Shown here one piece after another: positions 40,204-51,126 of a stretch of 64,000 bases of DNA. The stretch is from assembly GCF_000143415.4 (NCBI RefSeq), contig NW_003314418.1, positions 180,271 to 244,270 of the forward strand, in the 5' to 3' direction. Position 1 is the stretch's first letter, and every line of letters begins with the position of its first letter. The notes beneath the pieces were generated by a model, which was not told the origin of the DNA, searched no databases, and was given only the letters and a program-made list of their open reading frames with translations. The stretch comes from Selaginella moellendorffii (taxonomy: Eukaryota > Plantae > Lycopodiophyta). Made by a program: the position numbers and the translations under genes.

Positions 40204-42299
40204 ACTTTTTCAATTCCATTCTCTAATGAAATTCTTGATGCAGTTGCAGGATATGTCATGCCATTTTCTGATGAAATTCTTGAGACAGTCTCAAGATATG
40301 AGATGTACTCTTTTCTCAACGGCTTCGGTAGACACAATCAAGTACACATTGCACCTAAAGATCAACACAAGACGGCTTTCATCAATCCATGGGGAGCATA
40401 CGCCTACCTTTGCATGCCTTTTAGTCTCTCCAATGCACCATTCATGTTTCAATAAATTATCATTGACACTTTTCAAGAATACCTCACCGAATTTATGCGA
40501 GTATTTATGGATGACTTCAGTGTCTTTAGCAACAAAGAAAATCATCTCCAATGCTTAGAGAAATGGTTCATCAAATGCCGTGAACACAATATCATATTGA
40601 ACCCTGACAAGTGCATTTTCTTCGTCAAATCAGGAATTCTACTCAGACATATAGGTTCCAAAGAAGGAATCCTCATCAACAAGGACAAGACCCTCACAGT
40701 CACCAACATACAACATCCATTCAACATTGCAAGCCTTTGATCATTCCTCGGTAAGATGGGATACCATTGAACATTCATCAAAGACTATGCCACGATTGCA
40801 AAACCTATTGCTAAACTCCTCAAGAAGAATCAAGCTTACAACTGGACTCAAGATTGTCAAAATGCCTTCATCAACCTCAAGAATTCTCTCACCCAAGCTC
40901 CAATACTTGCTCAACCAAACTAGAACAAAGACTTCAACATCCAAGTCAACACCTCCAATTATGCCCTTAGAACGATCTTTTTGCAACAACAAGAAGATCA
41001 TAAAGACTGACCAATCTACTATGCAAGTTGAAGACTCAACTCAGCCGAAATGAACTACACTACAACTGAAAAAGAAGCTCTAGCAATGATCTACATACTC
41101 CAGAAGTTTCGATAGTACCTACTCGGTAACGTCCTCTACTTTCTCAACAAAACAATCCTCACCGATGGAATTGCACGATGGTTCTTACTACTTCAAGAAT
41201 ACAACTTTGAAATCATTTACAAGCCTGGAAGAGAACATGAACCCCTAAGCCACATTACAACTGATAAACAACTGAAACACAATATAGATGACTTTTCTGA
41301 CTCTAATATCCTTTGAATCCACACATCACCAACCTAGATGGACAACATCTACTACTACCTTACAACAGCAACAATACCAAGTTGATATTCAACCTCTAAC
41401 AAGTGCAAGCAATTTGTCTTGAGGACAAGACCATATTTAGTCGTGGGAAGAAAATTGTACAAACAAGGAAGAGACAACATTTTACAAAGATGTGCAAACC
41501 TAGAAGAAACATAAGATCTACTTGAAGAAGCTTACTGTGGATAAATAGGTGGACATTTTGCTGAAGAAATCACATCTGAAATAATTTTACAACCAAGACT
41601 TTGGTGGCCAACACTTTGGCACAACTAAGCCAAGTTCTGTCATAAATGTGACATCTACCAATGAACCAAGTATGCACCAAAGAAATAAACTCAAGAACTT
41701 CATCTAAAAACTCTACTCGAACCTTTTCAATGATGGGGACTTGACTTTGTTGGTCCACTTATGACAAGCTCCAAACAAAACTAGTACATTCAAATTGCAA
41801 TAGACTATATCACAAAATGGGCTAAAGCTCAACCAATAAAGACTACTACAACAAAGAACATAACAAAGTTCATTTATGAAAACATCATCACAAGATATGG
41901 CTTACCTTGAGAACTCGTCATTGATCAAAGAACACACTTCATCAATGAAACCATCAAAATTCTGACTCAAAAATTCACTATCCAGCACAAGGCTTCAACA
42001 CCGTACTATCCTCAAGGCAATGGTCAAACAGAGTCTACAAACAAGACACTCAAAAACATCTTTATGAAAATCGTGAAAATAAATCAGAAAAACTGGGATG
42101 ATCACATCTATAATGCTCTATAGGCATATCGAACTACACATAAGGTTTTAACAAATTCAACACTATTCAAGCTCACCTACGGCCTTGAAGCTTTAACACC
42201 ACTCGAGTATATCGTTCTATCACTATGAATGGCAATATAATACAAAATCAACCAAGAAAAATCTATCAAAAAAATGACTAACCATGCTAGAACAACTTA

Positions 42300-43878
42300 T
42301 TGCTAGCTGAGATCCTTTGACTATCTCGTTTTGAAGCTTTGGAATGCACAAGGAGTCTTTTCTAACTCAGCAAAGATGTTGCTTCATATGATGGCCGAGG
42401 CTAACTATTATCAAACAGTTCTATTGATAGAGTTATGCAATCTCATGTGTGAGGCACTACTTTGATGATGTCCTATGACTAAGGAGGAACATGAGATGCA
42501 TATGAGGCAAATGCTGCCACTATTGAGGGAGAACAAACTGTATTCTAAACTGTCAAAGCGTGAGTTCTTCTTGGAGGAGATCACCTATCTCGGATATGTG
42601 GTGCCATGAGATGGTGTGAAGGAGGATTCTCAAAAGACTCAGATAGTCGTTGACAGTGGATTCTGTAAGAGTGTCTGTTGATCGAGGATGTGTGTTCTGG
42701 TAGAGGCACATTTATTTTGGCCTGGAATGAAGTCAGGTGTTGATAAGTATGTGCACAGTTGCTAGACCGGCCAGGCAGTCACAATGGATTGTCAGAAGCA
42801 TGAAGGTCTCTACCATAGTTAACCTCAGCAGAAGTGGGATAGCATTTTCTATGAATTTTATAGTACACGCTTCAAGACAATGATGCTATCTGGGTTGTTG
42901 TGGATTGTGTGATGATGTTGGCTCACTTCTTCCTTGTGAAGACAAATGCTAAGGATTTTGACCTTGCTCAGCTGTTTTTCTATGGGCTGCCTAAGGATGC
43001 TGTAAGTGATTGGGATCCCACGTTCACTTTGGTGTTTTGGCAGATGGTGTTCCAGAAGCTTGAGACAAAGCTGAGCATGAGCATCCATAGTCAGATGGAC
43101 AAACAAAACAAGTTAATTAAGTGCTGGAAGACATGCTGAGATCGTTTGTTGGTCATCTGAAGAGGCAAAGTATTTGGGAGAAGGACCTGCCTTTGTTAGA
43201 GTTTGCCCATAATTGTGCCTTCCATTTGGCTATTGAGATGGCTCTGTTTATGGCAATGTATGGCTTTCAACCTCGGTCCCCTGTTGGTATGAACTTGGCT
43301 TCTCTTAAGGTGCACCAGGTAAAGGAGTTGGCTGATGAGCATTGTCAGCACAAGCAGTTTCAGGTTGGAGACAAGGTTTTCCTTCGGTTGTCTGAAGCTC
43401 AATGAGCTCTTCAAGGTGGAGGTAGTTCTAAGTTATCGCCACAGTACTGTGGGCCTTGGATTATTCTCAAACGAGTTGGAGACCTTGCCTATCAACTAGA
43501 CTTGCCTAGTGGTGTGTAGGAAGTTGAAGGCATGTTTGCATTCTGGTAATATCTTGGACCAGTCTGCAATCAAGATTCCAGAGATAGATGTTTGAAGGTT
43601 GGCCCTACTTGTGTGTTATAGCAACGGCTAGCGCGCACACATCGTAAGACTTGGAGAGAGTTACTTGTTCAGTGGAATGGTTATTCTCCATATGATGCTA
43701 CATGGGAAGCTGAGGATGATGTTGTTTCCTAATTTTGAGTATGACTTGGATGACATTCTAGAGGAAGAGGAGAAGTAGTCGCTTGCTCCTATCCTTTCTT
43801 TCTTTTCTGACCCCGCTGATGGCTGGAGGTGCTGTGTCACGTGAGACAGTTAGTGTTTTTGTTAGCGGGATGCTTTGC
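42300..43878 (+). mobile_element. Heavily deleted chromovirus remnant (RT bits, integrase, chromodomain, start of LTR)
   Basis: LPLLEFAHN, QFQVGDKVFLRL, KLSPQYCGPW, LLVQWNGYSPYDATWE. Confidence 0.8.
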
Positions 43879-45581
43879 TAGCTTCTCTCTCCTCAGCTAC
43901 TGTTCATCATAGTTGGAGCAGAGGGAAAAATGTCACCGTATTTCGTGATGAACCAGCTGATTCTGGACCTAGGTCTCTGATCAAAGAGCCAAATACCAAC
44001 TGCAAATTTGCATGTGAAGAGGTGTTCAAGCATCTTCAGTCACCTTCCAGTTGAGCTCTCCAACAATCTTGACGTGCGGATGCGTGCAAACTGCTCCTTG
44101 AGCCAGGACCATTTCTCCAGGAGATAACTTATGCTACAACACTCTCTGATCGACGATCTCAATGTGGAAAGATCCACAAAGCTGTCCCACTCATCATAGT
44201 TGTAGAAGAAATCATCCTCATACTGCATCTGCAACCTTGCTCGAGCCCAAGCCTCCGCCATTGCAAGCTTCTCCCTCATCTTGATCAGCTCACACTTGAG
44301 GCGGCAAAACAAGTCCAGGTCCTGAGGAACAACAATGGAATACACCTTTCCTGGGTATCTGTCTCGAAACCTGTGAAAGTACAGTGGACGATGTGGTGTT
44401 TCAGATCGCAGCGGAATGATAACTTGATGAAAGCAACAAAACCATCGAGCTCGCTCTTTGGGGATCAATTATCATCTCCTCCTTTGAAGCAATGAGCAGC
44501 AGGCCTTGATCGCATCCAGAAGTACTAGAGATAGTCTGCAAAAGCAAGTTTGACACCAGTGGCCTCGTTTCAAAGGCCTGCTGTGGACTTCAACAGAAGA
44601 AAAAGAAGAAAAATAAACTCAAGTTTCAAAATTTATAGAGATCCATACAATCCAAATCAAGATCAATCTTCCATGAACTTAATGCCACTTTCAGCACCTC
44701 CAAGCTCTGCCAAAAAACGTAGCCACGGTATGCCACAATCGTTCGCTTGAAAATCTGAAGATGTCAATCGAAGCATGCAAGCAAAAACATGAAGTAAAGA
44801 AGCACAGGTGGACAACAAAGGAGATGAACTGAGCGAGGCCAAGAACACATAAGGACTGAATGTAAGCATGTGAGGCCTTGTGCGGTTTTTTCCTCTGTGC
44901 GTGGCTTCATGTGCAAAGAGTTTGGTGTGGTAAGGTATGTTGCGGAGCAGCCAGAAGCCCAGGGTGAATATAAGTACGTGAGGCCTTGTGAGGTTTTACC
45001 ACCGCCCGAGGACTCCTGTGCACAGGCCCCGGGTGAGAGTCATTTGCGAAAGTGTTCTGCATGAAACTGGTGCCCTGAGGCTTCTGGCCGTGTAGCCCCA
45101 TGAAGAGCATTTTTTATTTAATTTGTGTAGAGTGTGGTTTATTTTTGCATATTGAGTGTATCGATATCTTTTAGTTAGCAGATTATATTGAAGAACTGAA
45201 GACTACCTACAGTTAAGTGCATGCAGCAACAGATTATATAAAAAATGAATGCAGAGAATAACAAATCGGGATTTCTAGGAAGTTCGTGCGTGTTGTTAGT
45301 AATAATAAGTAATAATAATAATAATCATAAAAACCTGATGTTCAGCCAGTTAGAAGATTGTCTGAAAATTATGCATGTACTGATTCTTCAGCTATTGAGC
45401 AATTGATTGCTGCTGGCTCACTTTCTATATATATCAAAGCGATTTGTTTTTAACAATAAACATCTATAAGCTGTGACATTGTAGAGTTTGAAAAGGAAAA
45501 GAATTAGAAAAAGAAAAAACAGAAAACACGAGCTTTTTACTGCTACAGTTAAGTACTAACAAATCGGGATTTCTAGGGTAT

Positions 45582-48500
45582 GTGTGCGGCGCTAGGGTTT
45601 GTGTGGTGTGTGTGTCATTTCTCATGGAGTGGAAAACGTTTTTCAGGGATCCCACTTTCTGGTGGGACAACAGGTTCAAGAAGAAAAACAAGTTCTTCTC
45701 AGAGTCCTACCCGGATTTCAAACATGTTTCTACCGGAGAGAGCCTGTGGATCGCCAACAGGAAAACACCAACCTGGGTCTCTGCAAAACTCGAGTCGCTC
45801 GCTGACCCAGCTGTAGGTAAGGCCGCCACGGCCCGCTACAAATCTCCACATACCCCACCTGTAGCTGGTGATGAACCGGTGAGTTTAGGGAGGCTGATAC
45901 ACCGCGTGAGAGACTCAGCTGAGAGCAGATCCCTTTCTTTGGGAAAACAAGCCCATGAAGCTGTGCTCAAGAGTGATGAGCACAAAAGCAACATCTACTT
46001 GTTGACGGGATTGATCGATATGTACTGCAAGTGTGGCGAGCTTGAGGAGGCTCGCAAGATTTTCGACTCCATGGGAACCCGGAGTCTTGTGTCCTACAAC
46101 ACGATCATCCAGGGCTGTGGCTCGAACGGGCAAGCTGAACTTGCTCTGGAGTACTACTCTGCCCTGAGAGCTTGTACCACCATTCAACCCAACGATTGGA
46201 CACATGTCGCGGTGATCAGCGCCTGCTCCAGACTTGCTACCGAATCCAGCGAGAAGAGGGAGAGAGCTCTACGCATCGGGATGGAGATCCATTCAATGCT
46301 GAGCAAGGAGAAGAAACAGGTAGATCTGTTCGTGGCGACTTGCCTGGTAGACATGTACTGCAAGTGTGGCGAGCTTGAGGAGGCTCGCAAGATTTTCCAC
46401 TCCATGGAAACTCGGAGTGTTGTGTCCTACACCGCGATCATCCAGGGCTGCAACACGAACGGGCGAGCTGAACTTGCTCTGGAGTACTACTCTGCCCTGA
46501 GAGCTTGTACCACCATTCAACCCAACGATCGGGCTCATGTCGCGGTGATCAGTGCCTGCTCCAGACTTGCTACCGAATCCAGCGAGAAGAGGGAGAGAGC
46601 TCTACGTATCGGGATGGAGATCCATTCAATGCTGAGCAAGGAGAAGAAACAGGTAGATCTGTTCGTGGCGACTTGCCTGGTAGACATGTACTGCAAGTGT
46701 GGCGAGCTTGAGGAGGCTCGCAAGATTTTCGACTCCATGGGAACTCGGAGTGTTGTGTCCTACAACGCGATCATCCACGGCTGCGGCTCGAACGGACAAG
46801 CTGAACTTGCTCTGGAGTACTACTCTGCCCTGAGAGCTGATAACACCATTCAACCCGACGATCGGACTCATGTTGTGGTGATCAGCGCCTGCTCCAGACT
46901 TGCTACCGAATCCAGCGAGAAGAGGGAGAGAGCTCTACGCATCGGGATGGAGATCCATTCAATGCTGAGCAAGGAGAAGAAACAGCTAGATCTGTTCGTG
47001 GCGACTTGCCTGGTAGACATGTACTGCAAGTGTGGCGAGCTTGAGGAGGCTCGCAAGATTTTCCACTCCATGGGAACTCGGAGTGTTGTGTCCTACACCG
47101 CGATCATCCAGGGCTGCAACACAAACGGGCGAGCTGAACTTGCTCTGGAGTACTACTCTGCCCTGAGAGCTGATAACACCATTCAACCCGACGATCAGAC
47201 TCATGTCGTGGTGATCAGCGCCTGCTCCACACTTGCTACCGAATCCAGCGAGAAGAGGGAGAGAGCTCTACGCATCGGGATGGAGATCCATTCAATGCTG
47301 AGCAAGGAGAAGAAACAGCTAGATCTGTTCGTGGCGAATTGCCTGGTAGACATGTACTGCAAGTGTGGCGAGCTTGAGGAGGCTCGCAAGATTTTCAACT
47401 CCATGGGAACTCGGAGTGTTGTGTCCTACACTGCGATCATCCAGGGTTGCGGCTCGAATGGGCAAGCTGAACTTGCTCTGGAGTACTACTCTGCCCTGAG
47501 AGCTGATAACACCATTCAAGCTGATGCTTGCACCTACACCTGCGTCCTTGTTGCTTGCGGGAGTGTGATGGCGATCAAGCTCGGGAGGGAGATTCACCAG
47601 CTGGCGAAGCATAAAGGGCTGCTGAAAAACAATCCAGTTCTGGGCTCCAGCCTGGTGAGCTTCTACGGCAAATGCGGCGATGTTGATTCTGCTCAGGAAG
47701 CGTTTGACGAGTGCCGAGCTCGGGACGACACGGGTCTCTGGAACTCTCTCATACAGGCTTACACTCTCCAGGGCCGATCGATCGAGGCCTTGGAGCGTTT
47801 CTATTCCATGACTCAGGAGGAGGGCTGTAAAGCTGACGATGTGAGTTTTGTTTCGGTGTTGAACGCTTGCAGCCATGGTGGTCTGGTCGGGAAAGGAAGG
47901 CAGCTTCTGGATGAAATGCCCAAGCAGTATGGAGTCAAGCCACGTCTGGAGCATTATGTGTGCCTGATCGATATGCTCGGGCGAGCTAACCTCCTCGACG
48001 AAGCTGTGAGAGTTCTCAGAGCCATGCCTTTTGAACCGGATGCAGTGGTTTGGACGTCCCTGCTCGGAGCCTGCCGGAAGTGGAAGAATTACATGATCGG
48101 CAAACTCGCGTTTGAGCGTCTTGTGGAGATGGATCCCAAGAGCGGCACGCCCTACGCATTGATGGCCAATATATTTGGAAACCTGGGGATGCTCAGTGAA
48201 AGGGCCGCTGTTGTGGAGAGAATGAGAGGTGAAGGCAGCTTCAGGGAGCCCGGGAGAAGCTGGTGGACGGATGTTAGCTCAGGAAAAGTGCATTCTTTTT
48301 CTGTCGGGGATAGGAGTCACTCACAGAGCGACGAGATTGCGGCCAAGCTCAAGCAATTGTTGCTGAGAATGAAAGAGGAGGGGTACGCGAGCGATGTGAT
48401 CAACGTTCTAAAAGACATACCTGAGGAAGATCACCTGTGCGGCCACAGTGAGAAGCTTGCGCTGGGGTGTGCTCTGGTGAACTCGCACCAGAAGGAGACC

Positions 48501-48653
48501 ATCAGAATCGTGAAAAATCTCCGAGTTTGTGACGATTGCCATGCGGCCACTGCTCTCATCTCTAAGCTGGAAAAAAGGCTAATCATCTGCAAAGATGCCA
48601 GTCAGGTTCATGTGTTCCAGGATGGCAGATGTTCCTGTGACAACTACTTTTGA
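45582..48653 (+). CDS. PLS-class PPR protein with E1/E2 and DYW (WW-type) deaminase domain and an N-terminal OSB-type PDF motif
   Basis: Intact intronless 1023-codon ORF (first ATG at 45624). Contains WKTFFRDP.FWWDNR...YPDFKH..TGESLW, P-L-S triplets, E1 AVVWTSLLGACR, PG box PGRSWWTD, HSEKLA, KNLRVCDDCH and C-terminal CSCDNYF. Confidence 0.93.
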   Translation: MCGARVCVVCVSFLMEWKTFFRDPTFWWDNRFKKKNKFFSESYPDFKHVSTGESLWIANRKTPTWVSAKLESLADPAVGKAATARYKSPHTPPVAGDEPVSLGRLIHRVRDSAESRSLSLGKQAHEAVLKSDEHKSNIYLLTGLIDMYCKCGELEEARKIFDSMGTRSLVSYNTIIQGCGSNGQAELALEYYSALRACTTIQPNDWTHVAVISACSRLATESSEKRERALRIGMEIHSMLSKEKKQVDLFVATCLVDMYCKCGELEEARKIFHSMETRSVVSYTAIIQGCNTNGRAELALEYYSALRACTTIQPNDRAHVAVISACSRLATESSEKRERALRIGMEIHSMLSKEKKQVDLFVATCLVDMYCKCGELEEARKIFDSMGTRSVVSYNAIIHGCGSNGQAELALEYYSALRADNTIQPDDRTHVVVISACSRLATESSEKRERALRIGMEIHSMLSKEKKQLDLFVATCLVDMYCKCGELEEARKIFHSMGTRSVVSYTAIIQGCNTNGRAELALEYYSALRADNTIQPDDQTHVVVISACSTLATESSEKRERALRIGMEIHSMLSKEKKQLDLFVANCLVDMYCKCGELEEARKIFNSMGTRSVVSYTAIIQGCGSNGQAELALEYYSALRADNTIQADACTYTCVLVACGSVMAIKLGREIHQLAKHKGLLKNNPVLGSSLVSFYGKCGDVDSAQEAFDECRARDDTGLWNSLIQAYTLQGRSIEALERFYSMTQEEGCKADDVSFVSVLNACSHGGLVGKGRQLLDEMPKQYGVKPRLEHYVCLIDMLGRANLLDEAVRVLRAMPFEPDAVVWTSLLGACRKWKNYMIGKLAFERLVEMDPKSGTPYALMANIFGNLGMLSERAAVVERMRGEGSFREPGRSWWTDVSSGKVHSFSVGDRSHSQSDEIAAKLKQLLLRMKEEGYASDVINVLKDIPEEDHLCGHSEKLALGCALVNSHQKETIRIVKNLRVCDDCHAATALISKLEKRLIICKDASQVHVFQDGRCSCDNYF
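46017..47525 (+). repeat. Intragenic 333-bp (111-aa S-P-L triplet) tandem array, ~4.5 near-identical units
   Basis: MYCKCG codons recur at 46020, 46353, 46686, 47019 and 47352. Confidence 0.95.
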
Positions 48654-49535
48654 AAACATGTCAGTGCTCTTTCTTGCAGTTATCCCTGGTTTTAAACCCT
48701 CTGTGAGTCAAGCAGAAACATGGGCCGCTGAGTGAGCAAAGTACCGCCGTCAACCTGAACTTCACGGAGAAAAAATTAACATTTAAAGTTAAAACTATGC
48801 AAAAGGAGGATGACACGTTGTCTTAAATTTAAATTTCTTTTTGGTAGCCAGGAATGCTGTCAGTCGCATGGGGGCTTGGTGGGGAGCTGGGTTCTGAGGT
48901 GACTGACGCAAAACATGTACGTGCCTGCATGCCCTTTGCGCGTGCACTAAGTAAGCATGTGGTGGAGGACATAGGTGCCCCAAAACGGAGTGCCCAGATT
49001 CAGATAATAAGCCTTAGTATGAACCCAAACTCTTTGCTGATAGCAAGTACCGCCTCATGTTCCGGGAGCAAGGTGATGGTGGCTTGCGGCATGACCAACT
49101 TTGGGTTTGTGCTCCTAGAGCACGTTGAAGACGTGTGGAAGCTGGTGACGATGGCATTTGTTTCTTGCAACGTACTCACTAGCTCCTCGGCGACGTCTTC
49201 CTTCCAGATTTTTTGAGCTTGTCATGAGTGGTGATCTGCTTGCTCTCTCCTGTGACGACTTCTTCCAGCCTCTGGTGCCCAACCTCAAGGCTCTCTTGTG
49301 GATGGAGCTAGCCCTACACAGTGTGTGTGTGTGTGTCAACCAGCAGATGCACAAATCGTTGAGAATTAGCAACAAGTGTGTATCATAGGCTTAGTATGTA
49401 GTGTACTAGTGTACATGTACATGTGTTTCAGCTAAATATAATGGGCCAAATACACCGAAGAAGTGTGTATAAGAAGAGTAGAAACAAATTAAGAAATGTA
49501 AATTAAGAAGTGCAAAAGAGATGAAAATAAAAATT

Positions 49536-49636
49536 NNNNNNNNNNNNNNNNNNNNNNNNNNNNNNNNNNNNNNNNNNNNNNNNNNNNNNNNNNNNNNNNN
49601 NNNNNNNNNNNNNNNNNNNNNNNNNNNNNNNNNNNN
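49536..49636. other. Assembly gap (N run)
   Basis: 101 N bases. Confidence 1.
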
Positions 49637-51126
49637 AAAAAAACAAACATTGAAAAAATAGTGTTTGATAATATCTTCTTTGCTTTTAGTTTTTTATTTT
49701 CGAAAGAAAATTAGTGGGGGAGTGCTGGTAAAGATATCTTTGCCGTTCATTGGTGGTTAATTAAATGAGCATGTTTAGAGATGTTTATAAGAGTTTAGCT
49801 CTGGATCAAGAGTTACCCGAAAATTAAAGTTCAAAATTTACGTTTTCCCTATTTGCACAATAGCTTAAGCTAAAGTAATGTACTTACCCTTATTTTTTAT
49901 GGGAAAATTATTAGTATTTTGGATTCGCACGAAAAAAAGGGAGGATTCTTAAGTAATTTTCAAAAACCCCGACCAAATCTAAAGTGTTGGGGTCATTTTA
50001 TTTTAAGGGAAGTTGTAAATTTTGAACTTTAATTTTCGGGTAACTCATGTGTGAATTGCTAAACTCTTATAAACATCTCTAAACATGCTCATTTAATTAA
50101 CCACCAATGAACGGCCAAGATATCTTTACCAGCACTCCCCCACTAATTTTCTTTCGAAAATAAAAAACTTAAAGTAAAGAAGATATTATCAAACACTATT
50201 TTTTCAATGTTTGTTTTTTTCTTATTTTCTACTATTAATTAACTTACAACTCAATCACACAATATTTGGAGCTGAATCCAACTTAATTTCAGCAAACTGA
50301 GAGGATGGACAATTTTTATTTTCATTTCTTTTGCACTTCTTAATTTACATTTCTTAATTTGTTTCTACTCTTCTTATACACACTTCTTCGGTGTATTTGG
50401 CCCATTATATTTAGCTGAAACACATGTACATGTACACTAGTACACTACGTACTAAGCCTATGATACACACTTGTTGCTAATTAATTCTCAACAATTTGTG
50501 CATCTGCTGGTTGATACACACACACACTGTGTAGGGCTAGCTCCATCCACAAGAGAGCCTTGAGGTTGGGCACCAGAGGCTGGAAGAAGTCGTCACAGGA
50601 GAGAGCAAGCAGGTCACCACTCATGACAAGCTCAAAAAATCTGGAAGGAAGACATCACTGAGGAACTGGTGAGTACGTCGCAAGAAACAAATGCCGTCAT
50701 CACCAACTTCCACACGTCTTCAATGTGCTCTAGGAGCACAAACCCAAAGTTGGTCATGCCGCAAGCCGCCATCACCTTGCTCCCAGAACATGAGGCGGTA
50801 CTTGCTATCAGCAAAGAGTTTGGGTACCGGCAAGTCTTCATACTAAAGCTTATTATCTGAATCTGGGCGCTTCGTTTTGGGGCACCTGTTGGCAGGTTTA
50901 GTCAGCATTCCCTGATTCTACTACCAAAAAGAAATTTAAATTTAAGACAACGTGTCATCTTCCTTTTGCATAGTTTTAACTTTTAAATGTTAATTTTTTC
51001 TCCGTGAAGTTCAGGTTGACAGCGGTACTTTGACGAAGCATGCTCACTCAGCGGCCCATGTTTCTGCTTGACTCACGGAGGGTTTTAAAACCAGGGATAA
51101 CTGCAAGAAAGAGCACTGACATGTTT

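Larger units (their letters stand above)
36082..42295 (+). mobile_element. Degenerate non-chromoviral Ty3/gypsy element (family C); its upstream part lies at ~28700-29018
   Basis: Gag (KQG..EDIKDYTRRF, CTKC..KRH), protease, RT (YRMNP, WLSPLIIVPKKN, RVFMDDF), RNase H (NYTTTEKEALA) and integrase (WGLDFVGP, YYPQGNGQ). A/C-rich strand with many stops. Confidence 0.9.
43880..49850. repeat. Left arm of giant inverted repeat (fold-back)
   Basis: Reverse complement of 50005-57409, with a ~2.4-kb deletion near 44040. Confidence 0.92.

Noticed and set aside
45915-47954. Repeated antisense and alternative-frame ORFs over the PPR gene
   Set aside because: Shadows of the 333-bp coding repeat.
48854-49388. 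Small ORFs downstream of the PPR gene (mirrored at 50632-50860)
   Set aside because: No recognisable motif; short, with non-ATG starts.
49400-50445. CACTA termini (TAGTG/CACTA) around the palindrome centre
   Set aside because: The two motifs are the same site mirrored by the palindrome; no TSD or subterminal repeats were seen.
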